From the NCBI RefSeq assembly GCF_018350175.1, contig NC_058369.1:16556001-16620000 (forward strand): a stretch of 64,000 nt of DNA, read 5' to 3'. This document shows, one piece after another, positions 38,560-52,567 of this stretch; within the stretch, counting starts at the first letter, position 1, and each line of letters starts with the position of its first letter. This DNA is from Felis catus. Lineage: Eukaryota. The translations under genes and the position numbers were made by a program. The notes below the pieces were generated by a model. The model made no database searches. It was given only the letters and a program-made list of their open reading frames with translations, and was not told the origin of the DNA.

Positions 38560-39430
38560 CCTAAAAAAGATGCTCAACTTTGTCAGTAATAGGGAAAATG
38601 CAATTAGACCCAGAGTGAGAAAACATGTTAAATTTACTAGATTAACCCAGGAAAAAAAAAATTAAGAAGTCTGATAATATCAAGTCTAGGCAAAGATGTG
38701 GATCAAAAGGCACTTTATGCACTGCTGATGAAAGTATAAATTAGTATGATCAATTTGAAAAGCATTTCATTCTCTCATCAAATATTTACCAACTACTTAT
38801 TATATGTCAAATATAATCCTGGGTGCTAAAGACATTGCAATGAAGCAAAACAAAAGTCTGCCCTTTTTGGGAGACAAACAACAAATTGTTAGGTGAAAAG
38901 TATGCCGGAAAAAAATAAAGCACTGGCTTCAAAAATAAATATTTGTATCCCCTATGCCTAGCACTGCACACCTAAGAATAAACCCTAGAGAAACCTCTCC
39001 ACATGTGTACTCAAAGAGTCAAAACAATGTTCACTGCACGGCCCTTATAATAGCAAAAAACTACCAACAATGCAAACATCTGTGGCCAGGTTGTATAAAC
39101 CAGCATGTTCATACAACGGATCATTCTACCACACTGAAAGGAATAAAGTGCAGCCAAATGCAACAACATTCATCAATCCTATAAACATAATGTTGTATGA
39201 AAAAACTTCCAGATTACATGCTGTATGAATCTGTTTTTGTAAGCCTCAGAAACAAAAATTTTATAGATGCATGTCTGCAAAATTAATTTTAAAAAGGCAA
39301 TGGAGGTAAGACACAATTCCAAACACTGGTGTTCTCCAGGGGCTAAGCAGGGAGCAAGAAGCAGAGACGTTCTTTTATAATTATACCTTATAACTTACAT
39401 CTATTCTCTGCGTGTTTCAAATATTACATT
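38560..39430 (+). mobile_element. Old L1 3' remnant (L1ME-like) with an embedded L2-like piece
   Basis: ggcaaagatgtggatc, cactgctgatgaaagtataaatt, aaaccctagagaaac. Confidence 0.55.
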
Positions 39431-40480
39431 TAAATAATGGGGGAACAACAACATATCAACCTACCAACAGTTGTTTTCCAGCTGTGTTATATAAGGTATA
39501 AAGATGGCTTACAGAACTTACTCTGGGGGAGATAAAATTAATTCATGCGAAAACAAACAATGAAGCATTAAATGTAAATGTTAAAAACCTAGAGGCCTAA
39601 GAAGGAAGGCATCGGTTTAGAATTGAGTCACCAGAAGGGGACTCACAGAAGCAGGGTTAGCAGGAGGTAAGATAAAGGGGAGAGTGAAGTAGAGGGAAAA
39701 TCATGAACACAGGGAAATGGGAAATGGAAAATTAGGATAGTGCCTAGCTCCACCTGGCTGGAGTAGACAATGCGTGTGGTGAGGAAGTGAGAAAAGCCTC
39801 ATTTAAAGGAAGGCTTGTTAGATCGGAAGATCTCAGAGGTGATATAAAAAAATCTGGATTTGATGTGACTTAGCAAGAGAGCTCTATTACTGAATCCAAA
39901 AAAAGGGGAATAATCTGATTGAAATGGAATTTGAGAATAATTAGTGGAGCAATAACAGAACAAAATTTACACAAGATAGCGACCGATGCAGAAGAGATAC
40001 AAAGATGGCATTAAACTGACATGGCCTAAGATGAAAGAAGTCCAGAATGTGCTGATAGACGAAAGCAAATCTGAAAGAAAAGAATCTTGAGGAAATTTTC
40101 TGTTACGTAACTTTTAATCATCTCAATTTTAGGCAATGCACTGAACATTTCCTTTTTATATGATACCACAAACTTCACATAATGGTGAAGAACAAAAATA
40201 AGTAAGAAAACATGAGATGCTATCTGTGAGATGAAGAAATGTCAATTCATTTTTTCCCTTCCAAATGCACATTTAAAGCTCCTTTCTCATTTCCAGTATC
40301 ATTTATGTTTTGAACAGATTAAGTATTTACACAGAAAAATCAATTTATAGTTAAATATTAATCCAAGACCATTTCCTTGAGGATGTTTTTCTCCTGTATA
40401 TCCTAAATATAGAACTTCCTATGTCCCAAACTCTAGAGGATTAGAGCAGGAAAGACAAAGGGCTTTAAAATTACACTTTC

Positions 40481-40695
40481 CGGGGCACTCGGGTGGCTCA
40501 GTCGGTTAAGCGTCCAACTCTTGGTTTCGGCTCAGGTCATGAACTCAGTTTGTGAGTTCGAGCCCTGCACCGGGCTCCGCGCTGATGGTGCAGAGCCTAC
40601 TTGGGATTCTCTCTCCACCTCTCCCTGCCCCTCCCCTGTTCACTCTCCTTGTCTCTCTCAAAAATAAATAAACTTAAAAAGACAAAAAAAATTAA
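40481..40695 (+). mobile_element. Can-SINE
   Basis: Head and tail. Confidence 0.9.
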
Positions 40696-41519
40696 ATGAA
40701 ATTCCACATCCCCCCCCTCCCAATGCAACAACCAGAACCTCACTTTGGACAGAGTTTCAGATGCAAATACTACTGGACTAAGCGATGGGGTTTTCTTTTC
40801 ATATTTAGGCATGAAAGGATTCTATAACTCTGAACATTTAAGAGACAAAATGGAGCATTTTGCTTCATTGTTTGTTTTTACATAAATTAATTTTATTTTT
40901 CATTTAATAAACATTTATCGAATAGATACTATACCATAGAAAGCTCCACTGGGATATAAAAACAGTAGCAGTCTTATCTTAAGGAAATAAACAGTAAAAA
41001 TGTAGACACTAAAGTAAAAATAACAAAATTTTGCAAACAACACAGAAGGTGAAGAACCTTTGAACATTCCCACTACAATTATAAGATTAATAGTCGTATT
41101 GTATACCTAAAAGTTATCATGCCAATCCCAGTAACATGCTACAGCTTCCATAATTTGGGGTACTCAAGTGGACAATCAATTGTGGAATTAATAACTTTTG
41201 GGGTATCTGGGAGGAAGGGAGCCAGGGGACCAACTGACCGCTCTCATTAATTTACATTTACTACAAATATTTATTTTTAATTTATGGGTCACAACCTACC
41301 TGAAAGGATTTGAAGTAACTATAAGCTAACATAAAAGTATAAAAATGATTAAGGAATATGTTAATTAATTACTGATAATTGAACATTTATACATATATGC
41401 ATAATTCTATAGCACTTAAAAATTCATTCTATTGAGTACTTAATCCAAGAAATTCTTTACTCTTTCTTATTTAAATACTTTAGTCCTTTTGGCCATGAAC
41501 TATCTTTAATGGGTCTAAG

Positions 41520-42630
41520 AATTTTTAATAGTTTCTGATGAAATACAACACACATAAAGTATATAAATGACCTGTAAACAAACAGATTTAATAAACAGGT
41601 GAGCAATATCCATGCAACCAGCTTGCAGGTTAAAAGCAGGGTGGGGGAACAACACTGTCAGCATTCCTGAAGTGCTCCATGGGCCCTTCCCTTGTTCTAA
41701 TACCTCCTCTTCTCTGCTCTCAAGATAACATCTCCTAACTTTTTAGGAAATCATCCTCTGATTTTTAAAACAGATTTACCATCTGTGTATAAATCCCTAA
41801 ATAATTTTGTCTATTTTTCATCTTTATGGAAATCATACTGGACAAAACTTTTGTGTCATGCTCATTCTACATTCATCCTTAAATTTTAGGAGCCCTCCAT
41901 GCTGTTGCATGCAGTCATAGTTCCTGCACTTTCATGACCAGTTTTTCATTGTAGGATTACATTATGAATTTGTTTATATTAGTGTTAACAGATACTTGAG
42001 TTGTTTCTACTTTTTCTAATGTTTATTTGAGAGAGACAGAGACAGAATGCGAGTGGGTTAGGGGCAGAGAGACAGGGAGACACAGAAGCAGAAGCAGGCT
42101 CCAGGCTCTGAGGTGTCAGCACAGAGCCCAAAGCGGGGCTCAAACTCACAAGGTGTGAGATCATGACCTGAGCCGAAGTCGGACACTCAACCCACTGAGC
42201 CACCCAGGTGCCCCTCTACTTTTTCTAATAGAAGCAGATGCTGCTGTGACTCCTGATGCACATACATTCACTTTTAGTAAACAATTCCAAAGTACTTTCA
42301 AAAGTGGTTGCACCCATTTACACCCCCCACCAGCAGGGCAGGAGATCTCCTGTTCCTAGGAGTCATCAGACTTTTTACCAATCTGATGAGTATATAAATG
42401 ACATCTGATAGTTTTAATTGATATTCCCCTGATAATTAATGAGGTTGACATCTCTGTTTATTAGCTATTTGGATTAGTGAAGTGTCTGGATGTTGTCTAT
42501 TTTTCTTTTGTGTTGGCTTTTTCCTTAGTGATTAGTAGTAGCTCTCTATATACTCTGGTTATTAGTGCTTGTGTGTTATGTGTTGAAGGCAAATATTTCC
42601 TCTCTTAGGTGTCTTCTTGCCCTCTTTATT
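41520..42630 (-). mobile_element. Old L1 3' remnant on the minus strand, interrupted by a SINE
   Basis: ttcaaaagtggttgcacccatttacac, gttttaattgatattcccctgataattaatgaggttga. Confidence 0.6.
42010..42214 (-). mobile_element. Can-SINE with TSD tctactttttctaat
   Basis: Flanking duplication. Confidence 0.9.
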
Positions 42631-43813
42631 GTGTACACTGGTTATCAATTTGTTTCGCAAACTTAAACAAAAGAGACTAAGGGAAGGTTCAGACTATTTA
42701 CTGTTTGTACTTTACAAACTACAAATATCATCAGGTAATAGGGAATTATTATACCTCCATCTGCTAAGTATTTAATTACCTGATTTGTGATTTGTGACAT
42801 CCCCCCCCAAAAACTATCACCTTCAACTGGAAAAGCTTATAGTTTTGTTAAGGAGATACGCTGTATAGAGATGCAATCATAAGATCAATTAAAAAAAAAA
42901 TGTTTACCAATCAAGGGATAATATGGGGATGCAGACTATAATGCTATTAACATATTCTTGTTAATAGTTACAATAATCAAAACTATATTTTAAACTGTGC
43001 TATCTTATCCCTTCCATGGCCTCCTCTACCCAAAAGAATTCCCAAGACTTTCAACTGTAGCGGACTGTAATTCAGAATCTAGGCATGCAGAAGGGATTTT
43101 CAGTAGGAGACAATCCAAGTAAAATTAACTCGAGTTCAACTCTTCATTACAGCCAGGGCAAAGAACCCCTCTACGGAACTCAGACTCATTCCTCTATCTG
43201 GGCAAAATCTTATCCAAATCATTCTTGTTCCAGAGTAACTTCAAGTTCATAGCTGGAGCAACCCACAATGACTAGATTCATGTTACACCAAATTCCATCT
43301 AGAATACCAAGGCCTATACTGATATGGGACACAACATTACCAAAATAAAAATAAGCAAAGAAAAGGAATGTCTACACTTTGGTGCCTTGGGATTGTTCTT
43401 GAATCTTATCAGATAGAAAACCATCTGATATTGGTATGATGGAGGTATAACACTGCCTAAGAAACCATCATATTACAAGGACACTCCCCACCAACAATAA
43501 AATTAAAAAAAAAAAAAGTTTATTCTGTAAGTTTTGAGAACAGGAAATAGCCAAAGGGAAGTTTTTATGGAGATTTTAACATAGGTCAACATGTTTAATG
43601 ACTATTTTGTGGCTGCTCTGACAAACTATCAATTATAAGTTAAAAATAAAAGCAACCTTAACAAAGTTGAGAGAAAAGTTTCCTGCAATACTCAAGTCAA
43701 GAAGCCTAACAGGCCTTTAAAGGTGGATACACCTTAAAGAAACATGTGCAGAAGAGACATATATAGATACAAATTATGACATTAAGAGAAAAGCTTAAAA
43801 ACACTAGTGTCCA

Positions 43814-44263
43814 GGGGAGCCTGCGTGGCTTAGTCGGTTGAGCATCTGACTTCAGCTCAGGTCACGATCTCATGGTTCATGGGTTCAAGGCCCACATCGG
43901 GCTCTGTGCTGACAGCTCAAAGCCCAGAGCCTGCTTTGGATTCTGTGTCTCCCTCTCTCTCTCTGTGCCCCTCCCTTGCTCACACCCTGTCTCTCTCTCT
44001 CTCTCTCAAAAATACACATTAAAAAATAAAACACTAGTGTCCATTAGGAGGGCTATATATAAACTGTTACATGATGAAAAACTTTACAGCAGTTAAAAAT
44101 ATGTTTATATATATAGGGGCACTTAGGTGGCTCAGTCAGTAAGCCTCTGACTTTGGCTCAGGTGATGATCTCAAGATCATGTATTGTGTGTGCTGATAGC
44201 TCAGAGCCTGGAACCTGCATCGGATTCTGTGTCTCCCTCTTTCTCTGCCCCTCCCCCGCTCGT

Positions 44264-44300
<37 letters not shown>

Positions 44301-44330
44301 AATAAACAAACATTAAAAAAAATTTTTTAA
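43814..44330 (+). mobile_element. Two Can-SINEs (about 43814-44030 and 44116-44330)
   Basis: TSDs aaaacactagtgtcca and aatatgtttatatata. Confidence 0.9.
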
Positions 44331-45321
44331 TATGTTTATATATAAGTCAATGTGGATCAAATTTTAAAATAAGAGTAAAAAAAAGCAAACTGCAGAAATG
44401 TACATATTATATCATTTGTAAAATCCTATACAAAACAACATTTAATAAGTTTTAAAATGCAGAAATGTTGGCTGTTATGACCGACCACAATGGTCACCAA
44501 GTTGAATTATTCTCTACAATTTGCAGTGCAACACAATGGTCAAGAGCAGAGACCAGAGCAGAGACCATCACCTACTGGGTGATGCCTCAGTGTTCTCATC
44601 TGTAAAATCCTTGCACCTAATTTCAAGGCCTGCTATGAGAATTAAATGAGTCATATGTCAAAAGCTGAGCTGAGTGTCAGGCACACTGCTACAGAGTATA
44701 TGCTCTCCAAAAACAGAGCGGAAGTACACACAATGCTCAAAAGAACATGTGTTCGTCTTGGGTGGTCTACCACCACGGCCATTTGTTGAAGCTTTCCTTT
44801 TTGGCACTTTTTAAATGGCCTTTTTTTTCAACTGCCCTTTCCAATGCTTTTTGGTTCTTACAGAATTTAATTTGGGCTTAATGACATCACCTTTTAGCCA
44901 TTATACTTTTATCCCCTCACCCTATACATCTTCTATCTACTCATCTAAACACTAATTTATATGTAACTTAAGCATTTATAATTCTTAATGTATTAGTTCC
45001 TGAAAAGCTCAGGCATGAGCTAACTGCTAAAGAATCACAGGGGAATTTGCTAACCCCCTCAGTCCCCCCCCCCCCCCGCCCCCACTAAGATTCACAGGTC
45101 TTTTTCACAATGCACTTTTTCACAATGGACCCTGCCAGGTGATTCGGAGGCTGAGAAACGCTATTCTGGTGAAGGAATCCTCAGAAAAAAGGTTTTTTGT
45201 TTTTTGTTTTTTTTTAATGTGAAGCTCTTGTCCCAGTTAAGAGTCCCTTGATTAACAAGATAGCTCCTTCCTCCGTAGTAACTGAGGTGAGCTGGGGTAG
45301 AAAAAAGGTTATCAATCACCA

Positions 45322-45537
45322 TTTTTTTTTTAATTTTTTTTTTTAACGTTTATTTATTTTTGAGACAGAGCATGAACAGGGGAGGGGCAGAGAGAGAGGG
45401 AGACACAGAATCCGAAACAGGCTCCAGGCTCTGAGCTGTCAGCACAGAGCCTGACGCGGGGCTCGAACTCACGGACCGTGAGATCATGACCTGAGCTAAA
45501 GTCGGACGCTTAACCGACCAAGCCACCCAGGCGCCCC
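45322..45537 (-). mobile_element. Young Can-SINE with TSD tcaatcaccattttt
   Basis: CpG-rich, identical flanking duplication. Confidence 0.95.
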
Positions 45538-45884
45538 TCAATCACCATTTTTAAAAAAGACCATTTTCACTATTTCATTTTCACTCCTAGGTTGCCTATT
45601 ACCTCTCAAAACTCACCTTACACCCCTCCAAAGAGGGTTTTCAGAGATTGTAAGAACACTTGCAAACTTTAAGAGTTCCAAACAAAAAACAAACCAACAT
45701 TAAAAGACTAGGAATGTAGATCAGACTTAAGTAAATTAATAGATAAACATCTTATTTGTACGTAGGATTAGGAGTTTTACAGGCTCCAAAAAAACTATCA
45801 GTCCATTGTTTTCAATACGACTTCAGTAGTTCTTAGCAACACCTAATTCTAATCTCTATGAACCTGAAATAAAAACAGCAACCA

Positions 45885-46097
45885 GGGCCACCTGGGTGGT
45901 TCCGTGGGTTAAGCATCCAACTCTTGATTCCGGCTCAGGTCATGGTCTCACAGTTCATAGGGCTGAAGCCCTTTGTCAAGCTCTGCGCTGACAGCACGGA
46001 ACCTGCTTGGGATTCTCTCCCTCTCTCTCTGCCCCTCTCATGCTTGTACTTGCTCGCACTCTCTCTCTCTCAAAAATAAACATTAAAAAAAAAAAAG
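45885..46097 (+). mobile_element. Can-SINE
   Basis: agcaacca flanks. Confidence 0.9.
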
Positions 46098-46242
46098 CAA
46101 CCATACTTCTTTCTCTAATGGTCTCCTCTGATTCTGAATTTCTCTGTTGTTTGGCTTTTCAAATTTTAATCAGAAAAGCTACCTCCCTCCTTCAAAGGTA
46201 TATGGTAAAAGTTGAAAAAAAAGGGATGAAAGAAACACTTAC

Positions 46243-46369
46243 TGAATCCTTCTTACGAGATCGTTCCTTCTTCATTTTTCCTCCTGCTGCTCTGATACTG
46301 ACTCTATTCTCTCCTCCCAGGTAACCTCGGCAATTAGCTGACCCACAGAAACATTTCTGAGCTTCTTTT
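46243..46369 (-). CDS. SETD2: SETD2 exon 9, 127 nt (KEAQKCFCGSANCRGYLGGENRVSIRAAGGKMKKERSRKKDS), post-SET
   Basis: CxCxxxxC post-SET motif; acceptor AACAG|, donor TCA|GTAAGT. Confidence 0.97.
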
Positions 46370-47382
46370 CTGTTCAAGGAACATAGGAAAGATGTCAGTT
46401 ACGTGAAAGTACACCACATAAAAATGTCAACAACCTAACAATCACATACAAGAAAGAAGTCAATTCAGCCTAAAAACAATTATTTTAAAAGACTCCAACA
46501 AACCTAATACCATTTAATGGAAATGCCTGAAAACTGCTCTTAAAAAAATATTCTTTTTCTAATCCTCCTTTATTAGCTAGACAAAATTAGCCAAGAAGTT
46601 AATGAGTAATTTCTCCATTTTATGAGTACCTACTCATGTATAAAAATTAAGGATTTTTATACTTATATGTGCATAAAGAGATATATAAAGGTAGACATGT
46701 GTAAAATGTATAAAAATAAGAGATCGTATATATATTGAGCTAAGAACAAAACTGCTTAAATAGTTCAACATCTCTCATATGTAAATATTTAACTGGCACC
46801 AAGAACAACAAATATATTCTTACAAATAGATGTACACAGATACGAAAGTCAGTATGTACAGGATACTTAAAAGGAAACACATGATTATTAAAAGTTATCA
46901 CCACTTAAGGATGAGACTCTAATAAGAAATTTAGTAATAAGTAAATATAACTGTGGAGTTCAGGAAAAGTGGTAGAAACAACACAGGCCTAACTCTACAG
47001 GCCTGGGTACAAACCACCATGGCCATTTATTTATTCTGCGATCACAACTACCTGAGAAAAGCAAGAAGAACTATACCAAAAGGAAACTGATAGATTTAAT
47101 TTATGATGGTAGCAATCAAAGGCATAAAAATAAATTATTCAATAAATAGAGCAGGGAATCACGAACAGCACCTGATTTCCAGTTTTCCTTCCTTCAAATA
47201 GGACAGTGCAAAAGTAAGAGGGAGAAAGCATGGAGCTGTACATAGAACCTGGTCTGCACTCATCCCCGGAACGCTAGGTCACTGCCTAGATGCATTAGTT
47301 CACGAGGTTATGCAACATGGTGATACCGTTACTACTTCATTCATTAGCACAAAAGAACCTCCAAAAGAAGAACTTCCTCTCA

Positions 47383-47612
47383 GGGCGTCTGGGTGGCGCA
47401 GTCGGTTAAGCGTCCGACTTCAGCCAGGTCACGATCTCGCGGTCCGTGAGTTCGAGCCCTGCGTCGGGCTCTGGGCTGATGGCTCGGAGCCTGGAGCCTG
47501 TTTCCGATTCTGTGTCTCCCTCTCTCTCTGCCCCTCCCCCGTTCATGCTCTGTCTCTCTCTGTCCCCCAAAAAATAAATAAAGGTTGAAAAAAAAATTTT
47601 TTTTTAAAAAAA
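47383..47612 (+). mobile_element. Very young Can-SINE (ggcgcagtcgg / cttcagccagg subfamily) with TSD aaagaagaacttcctctca
   Basis: Nearly all CpGs intact, identical TSD. Confidence 0.95.
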
Positions 47613-47796
47613 AGAAGAACTTCCTCTCATCAACTATTTGGTTTAACCTGAAGTAGAATTCACTTGGGGAAAGCAGGATAAGTGTTTGATTTTTTTTCCC
47701 CCTTTTCTGACTTTTAAGCTACTTTATAAAAATCATGAATTGGTTCCCTTCTATTATGACTAATGCAGTTTTATTTTTAAAGTATCATTAAATCTC

Positions 47797-48020
47797 ATGT
47801 TTGTTTGTTTGTTTTTAAAACGTTTATTTATTTTTGGGACAGAGAGAGACAGAGCATGAACGGGGGAGGGGCAGAGAGAGAGGGAGACACAGAATCGGAA
47901 ACAGGCTCCAGGCTCCGAGCCATCAGCCCAGAGCCCGACGCGGGGCTTGAACTCCCGGACCGCGAGATCGTGACCTGGCTGAAGTCAGACACTTAACCGA
48001 CTGTGCCACCCAGGCGCCCC
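47797..48020 (-). mobile_element. Very young Can-SINE (same subfamily) with TSD taaatctcatg
   Basis: Reverse complement closely matches the 47383 copy. Confidence 0.95.
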
Positions 48021-48107
48021 TAAATCTCATGGTTTTTACATCATACGTTTCAAACCACTGCAGTTATTATCCTTTCAATGCTTAAGTGTTAATGAAAACT
48101 CTCCCAC

Positions 48108-49040
48108 TGTTGTTGTTTTTTGTTAATGTTTACTTATTTTTGAGAGAGAAACAGCACGAGCAGGGAAGGGGAAGAGAGAGAAGGGGACAGAGGATTCAAA
48201 GCAGGCTCAACGCTGACAGCAGGGAGCCCCTTGTGGGGCTCGAACTCACAAACCACAAGATCGTGACCTGAGCCAAAGTCAACCGACTGAGCCACCCAGG
48301 CACCCTTCTCCCACTGTTTTGAGAGCCTATTAAAGCTAGCTCCTGGGACCCTTTGACAAGAATCTTCTAATCTTTCATAACTGGTTTTCTGGTATGACAA
48401 AATAAACCAAAATCCCCTTGTCTAATTCCTGTCTTAACTTGAAATCAGACACTTCTCCAAGGAACCCTGTTCCTTTTAGTGGGATTCTGTGAAACCACAT
48501 ATAGATGCTAGGGGTATTCACTGTTATTGTATCAGTTATTATTTTGGTTCAAAAGAACGTAAATTATTTTTCATAGTACAATGTGGTACAGATGAGAAAA
48601 GATTAGTCATGAGTTGATAACTGACAGATAAATACACACCTATACACACACTGTAGACATTTCCAAAATTTAAAGGGTTTTCTAATTACTTAAGAAACAT
48701 AAATATATAAATAAGACAGCATGAAATTCAGAAGAAAATTATGTAGTTCCTGTACAAATCCTTTAATGGCTGGAAATGTCACAGTAGGAAAAAACACAGA
48801 AAACTGAAAAAGTAAAGAACTGGTGGTACATATAACTTTTTTTTTTTAACCTTTATTCATTTTTGAGACAGAGCGTGAGTGGGGGAGGGGCAGAGAGAGA
48901 GGGAGACACAGAATCCGAAGCAAACTCTAGGCTCTGAGCTGTCAGCACAGAGCCCAGTGTGGGCTCAAACTCACAAACTGCGAGATCATGACCTGAGCCA
49001 AAGTCAGATGCTTAACCAACTGAGCCACCCAGGCATCCCC
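48108..49040 (-). mobile_element. Two Can-SINEs (about 48108-48306 and 48836-49040)
   Basis: TSDs tctcccactgtt and catataactt. Confidence 0.9.
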
Positions 49041-49141
49041 ATATAACTTCTTAGTAATTCATATCAAAGTTTTATATCTCTGTATCTGAACAGTCCATTT
49101 CCCCACCAGAAGCAGCGAAACAGAATAAAAACAATACTCAC

Positions 49142-49239
49142 CCATATCTTTGGAACTGATAGTCAAATGTTAACTCCGAGCCTGAAGGAACTAATTTGGT
49201 GGTAAAAAACCCGACCCTCAGTTGTCCGTTCACAGTCCA
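49142..49239 (-). CDS. SETD2: SETD2 exon 8, 98 nt (WTVNGQLRVGFFTTKLVPSGSELTFDYQFQRYG)
   Basis: Acceptor CTCAG|, donor GG|GTGAGT; ELTFDY SET motif. Confidence 0.97.
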
Positions 49240-50075
49240 CTGAGAAGTTGTTTTTAAAAGAAAAGAAATTTGTAACCGATTAATCTGTGTGTTTTTCTTT
49301 AAAGATCATTTGCCTTAATAATGCATGAGCCTCTTTTGACAATTAAGAAGACTTTACCAAATAGCAAATAGGAAACTTTTTTCTTGAAGTAAACTACCGT
49401 ATTTAAGTGTTAATCTTATTTAATAAACTACCAGGTTGAGTATCACCTATAATTTGTCTCTAATAAAAGTAACTGCTACTTATACCTGTCTTAATACACA
49501 TTTCCACACAGTAAATATTCACTTGTACTAAAAATAAGCAGATAGAGAATGCTTGGTGTCATTGACTGTTACTGGCAAATTCATATTATTATGTTAAAAG
49601 TAACTATATTCCAAGATAAGGTGAGGCATGGAACCAGGGAAAGAATGATGCCAAATGTTTAATTTCATAAAGCAATGGTCCTATGACTGAGTATAGGGAA
49701 AGGGAAGGAAAGCATGACAACAACTGCATAAAACTCAAGAATTAAAATGGGAGTAAATACAAGGGGTTAGAACTTGTGGTTCCAGAACAAGTAAGACGTA
49801 ACTCGACTGCAGAGCTCCTGTTCAGATCTTTTGAGCACATTACTGATGAAAATCCCCAGACTTAAAGAGATGAAGGGACACAGTACAAGTGGAAATCTCA
49901 CAGCTAGACACATGGCCACCAGATGCAGACAAAACTAGAACAGAACTTACATAAAGTGATCATGGAGTGTGTTCTCCTATTCGTTATATAGCTTGGCTCC
50001 CAGAAGAGCCGTATCTAAGATCTATTAGTATACAGGTCAAAAGGACAAAAAAAATATCCAGGAGTTGAAAGCACT

Positions 50076-50080
50076 ATTTT

Positions 50081-50124
<44 letters not shown>

Positions 50125-50331
50125 TTAACGTTTACTTATTTTTTGAGACAGAGAGAGACAAGAGCATGAACGGGGGAGGGGCAGAGAGAGAGGGAGACAC
50201 AGAATCTGAAACAGGCTCCAGGCTCTGAGCTGTCAGCACAGAGCCCGACGCGGGGCTCGAACTCACAGACCGCGAGATCATGACCTGAGCCGAAGTCGGC
50301 CGCTTAACTGACTGAGTCACCCAGGCGCCCC
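50076..50331 (-). mobile_element. Young Can-SINE with (TTTA)n tail and TSD gaaagcactatt
   Basis: CpG-rich, flanking duplication. Confidence 0.95.
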
Positions 50332-51194
50332 GAAAGCACTATTATAATATGAGAGGGAACCATTGATACTACTTTTCTAGGGTGTGGGTCCATAGCTTTC
50401 TTAGCCTAAGAAAGAACCAATGTTCTAACGTTTGTGTGTGTGTGTATTTGTTTTTTAAATCTAAGATCAAAACACAAATTAGAGAGAGTACTAAAATTAT
50501 CTCAAAATGTTTTACCAAATTCAATAAATGAATTTATCAAGCATCAACTATGTGCCAGGCACAGGGACAAAGAGAGGAGTATGACCCGGAGTCTGGCCTT
50601 GTTGAGGAGAAGCAGTGTCACTCCATGTACATGATATATGATCTCTCTTATCTGTGGCCATTCAGCCCCCCCTTACATTATTAAAGCAGCCAAATTTGGC
50701 ACCTGGATTAAGAGCTGATAAAAATCTGAATAGTACACACTGGACTTCATCAGAATTCAATTTTAGTTTTGTATTTTGGCACCTTTGAAATAATAGTTAA
50801 AACTTATGGGCAAAGAGAGGTGACAATTAAATGCAATGGGAGTTCCTGGACTGGATCCTAGTCCAGAAAAATGACAGATGGCAAAATATGAATAAAGACT
50901 TGAGATTAGTTAATAGTTAACAGTATTTCCTGGATTGGATAACTGTATAATGGCTATTTACAATGTGAACCTTTGAGGAAGCTAGGTGAAGGATGATATA
51001 TGGAACTCTGTACTGCTTCTGCACTATTATTTTATAAATCTGAACTTAATTCAAAATAAGATTTTTAACAATAGGAAAAAACAATTAAAATGATTTAAAA
51101 ATAAAATCCATGGGAAGCCTTGATATGGATTCTAAAATTAATACAACATCAATCTTGAACAAAGATCCAAACTTCTACATCTACCTCAACTTAC

Positions 51195-51272
51195 TTTTTG
51201 AGTCTCACAGTTTGGTTCACAGCTGTGATTCATGAAACGAGAGCAGTTTCCTTTCTGAGTGGCATCTATTAT
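51195..51272 (-). CDS. SETD2: SETD2 exon 7, 78 nt (IIDATQKGNCSRFMNHSCEPNCETQK), catalytic RFMNHSC motif
   Basis: Acceptor CCTAG|, donor AAA|GTAAGT; SET signature intact. Confidence 0.97.
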
Positions 51273-52237
51273 CTAGGGAAAAGGATCATTTAAGAGATAA
51301 AAATGAGACCTAAAATATACATATATTTTGCAAAGGAAAGGCATTAGGCAAATGTAAGATCTGCATGCCCAACCCCGCCTCCTCTTTCACATACAGACAC
51401 ATCCAAGTGACAAATATCTAACTACTTCCTCTGGGACATCTGCTAACTCTAAACATCTTACAGGCAAAACGATCTCCATATCTATCAATGTCTCTTCCAT
51501 TTACTTTTAGCTACTTCTAACATCCTCTTATATTCCAATCTCACTTCATGTGTATAAAACTCCATTTTAAAGTGCATGTTACACAACAGTGCAGGATCTC
51601 TCCAACTTGAATGTGTATCTGAATTCCCTGGAAAGCATGTTAAAACTCCTGCTGGACCCACCACCAGAGTTATTAGATTCAGCAAGTCTGGGGTAGGATC
51701 TAGCAGTAGGTTTTCCAGGACTGAATGTAGAGACAGATTTAAGAATCTAGCTAAAATTTATCACACCAGACATTAAAGAGATTTGTAAAAATGTAAAACA
51801 GTTGCACTCCTCACTAAAACAAAAATATTCTGAAAATTATTTTCATAAAAACATGTTATTTATGTCAACATATAATTGACTTGTTACTTTAAAGTGGTTT
51901 AACAAATATTTTTCAATTTTTCAGCTTTAATTTTTATGTAAGTATTGATAAATATAACCCACATTAAAAAAACTCTTCTAGGGGTATCAGTAATTTTTAA
52001 GAGTTGTAATATGAAGTTCATAGGTTTACATTTACATGTATATGTAAACATCTCCCTCTCCCTTTTTGTAAACAAAAACATCTCCCTCTCTCCTTTTTGT
52101 AAAGAAAAGCTATATATACTATTCTGTCCCTCTTTTTTGTCACTTAATTTATTTTCAAGATCAGTCTGTATCAATGACCCTTCCAAACTCAACAATTTCC
52201 AGATCTGTTTCAAAGCAAATACATTTGTGCCGCTCAC

Positions 52238-52361
52238 CTCATCATTCTTCAGGGCCATGAAATAGTAGTGGATGTTTTTGTTTCGTGCATACTCCTTTAC
52301 CCGGGCTTTAAACTCTTTATGATCAAGTACCTCTCCACAATATTCCAGGACAAAGGTGTTC
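52238..52361 (-). CDS. SETD2: SETD2 exon 6, 124 nt (NTFVLEYCGEVLDHKEFKARVKEYARNKNIHYYFMALKNDE), SET domain
   Basis: Lies in ORF 51899..52390; acceptor GCCAG|, donor GAG|GTGAGC. Confidence 0.97.
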
Positions 52362-52567
52362 CTGGCAAAACAAAAGGGAAACAATAGCACTTCCTGCCTA
52401 GGAGCTGTATGGAAAACACATACATCTATGCAAAAAAAATAGATTTAAGGAAATATTGAAAAGAATAAATACGGTCTTATACAAGATATAATTAAAATGT
52501 ATGTAAAGTACCTAACATCTAACTGAGGTTTTCTCCTTCCTAATACTTTTTTAAAAATGTTGATTCC

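Noticed and set aside
47383..47470. tRNA-like A/B-box sequence in SINE heads as tRNA genes
   Set aside because: These are tRNA-derived SINE heads followed by (CT)n and poly(A), with TSDs
52045..52102. Short direct duplications (also about 59813-59848 and 61445-61481) as an array
   Set aside because: Only two units each with no spacer structure; ordinary slippage duplications
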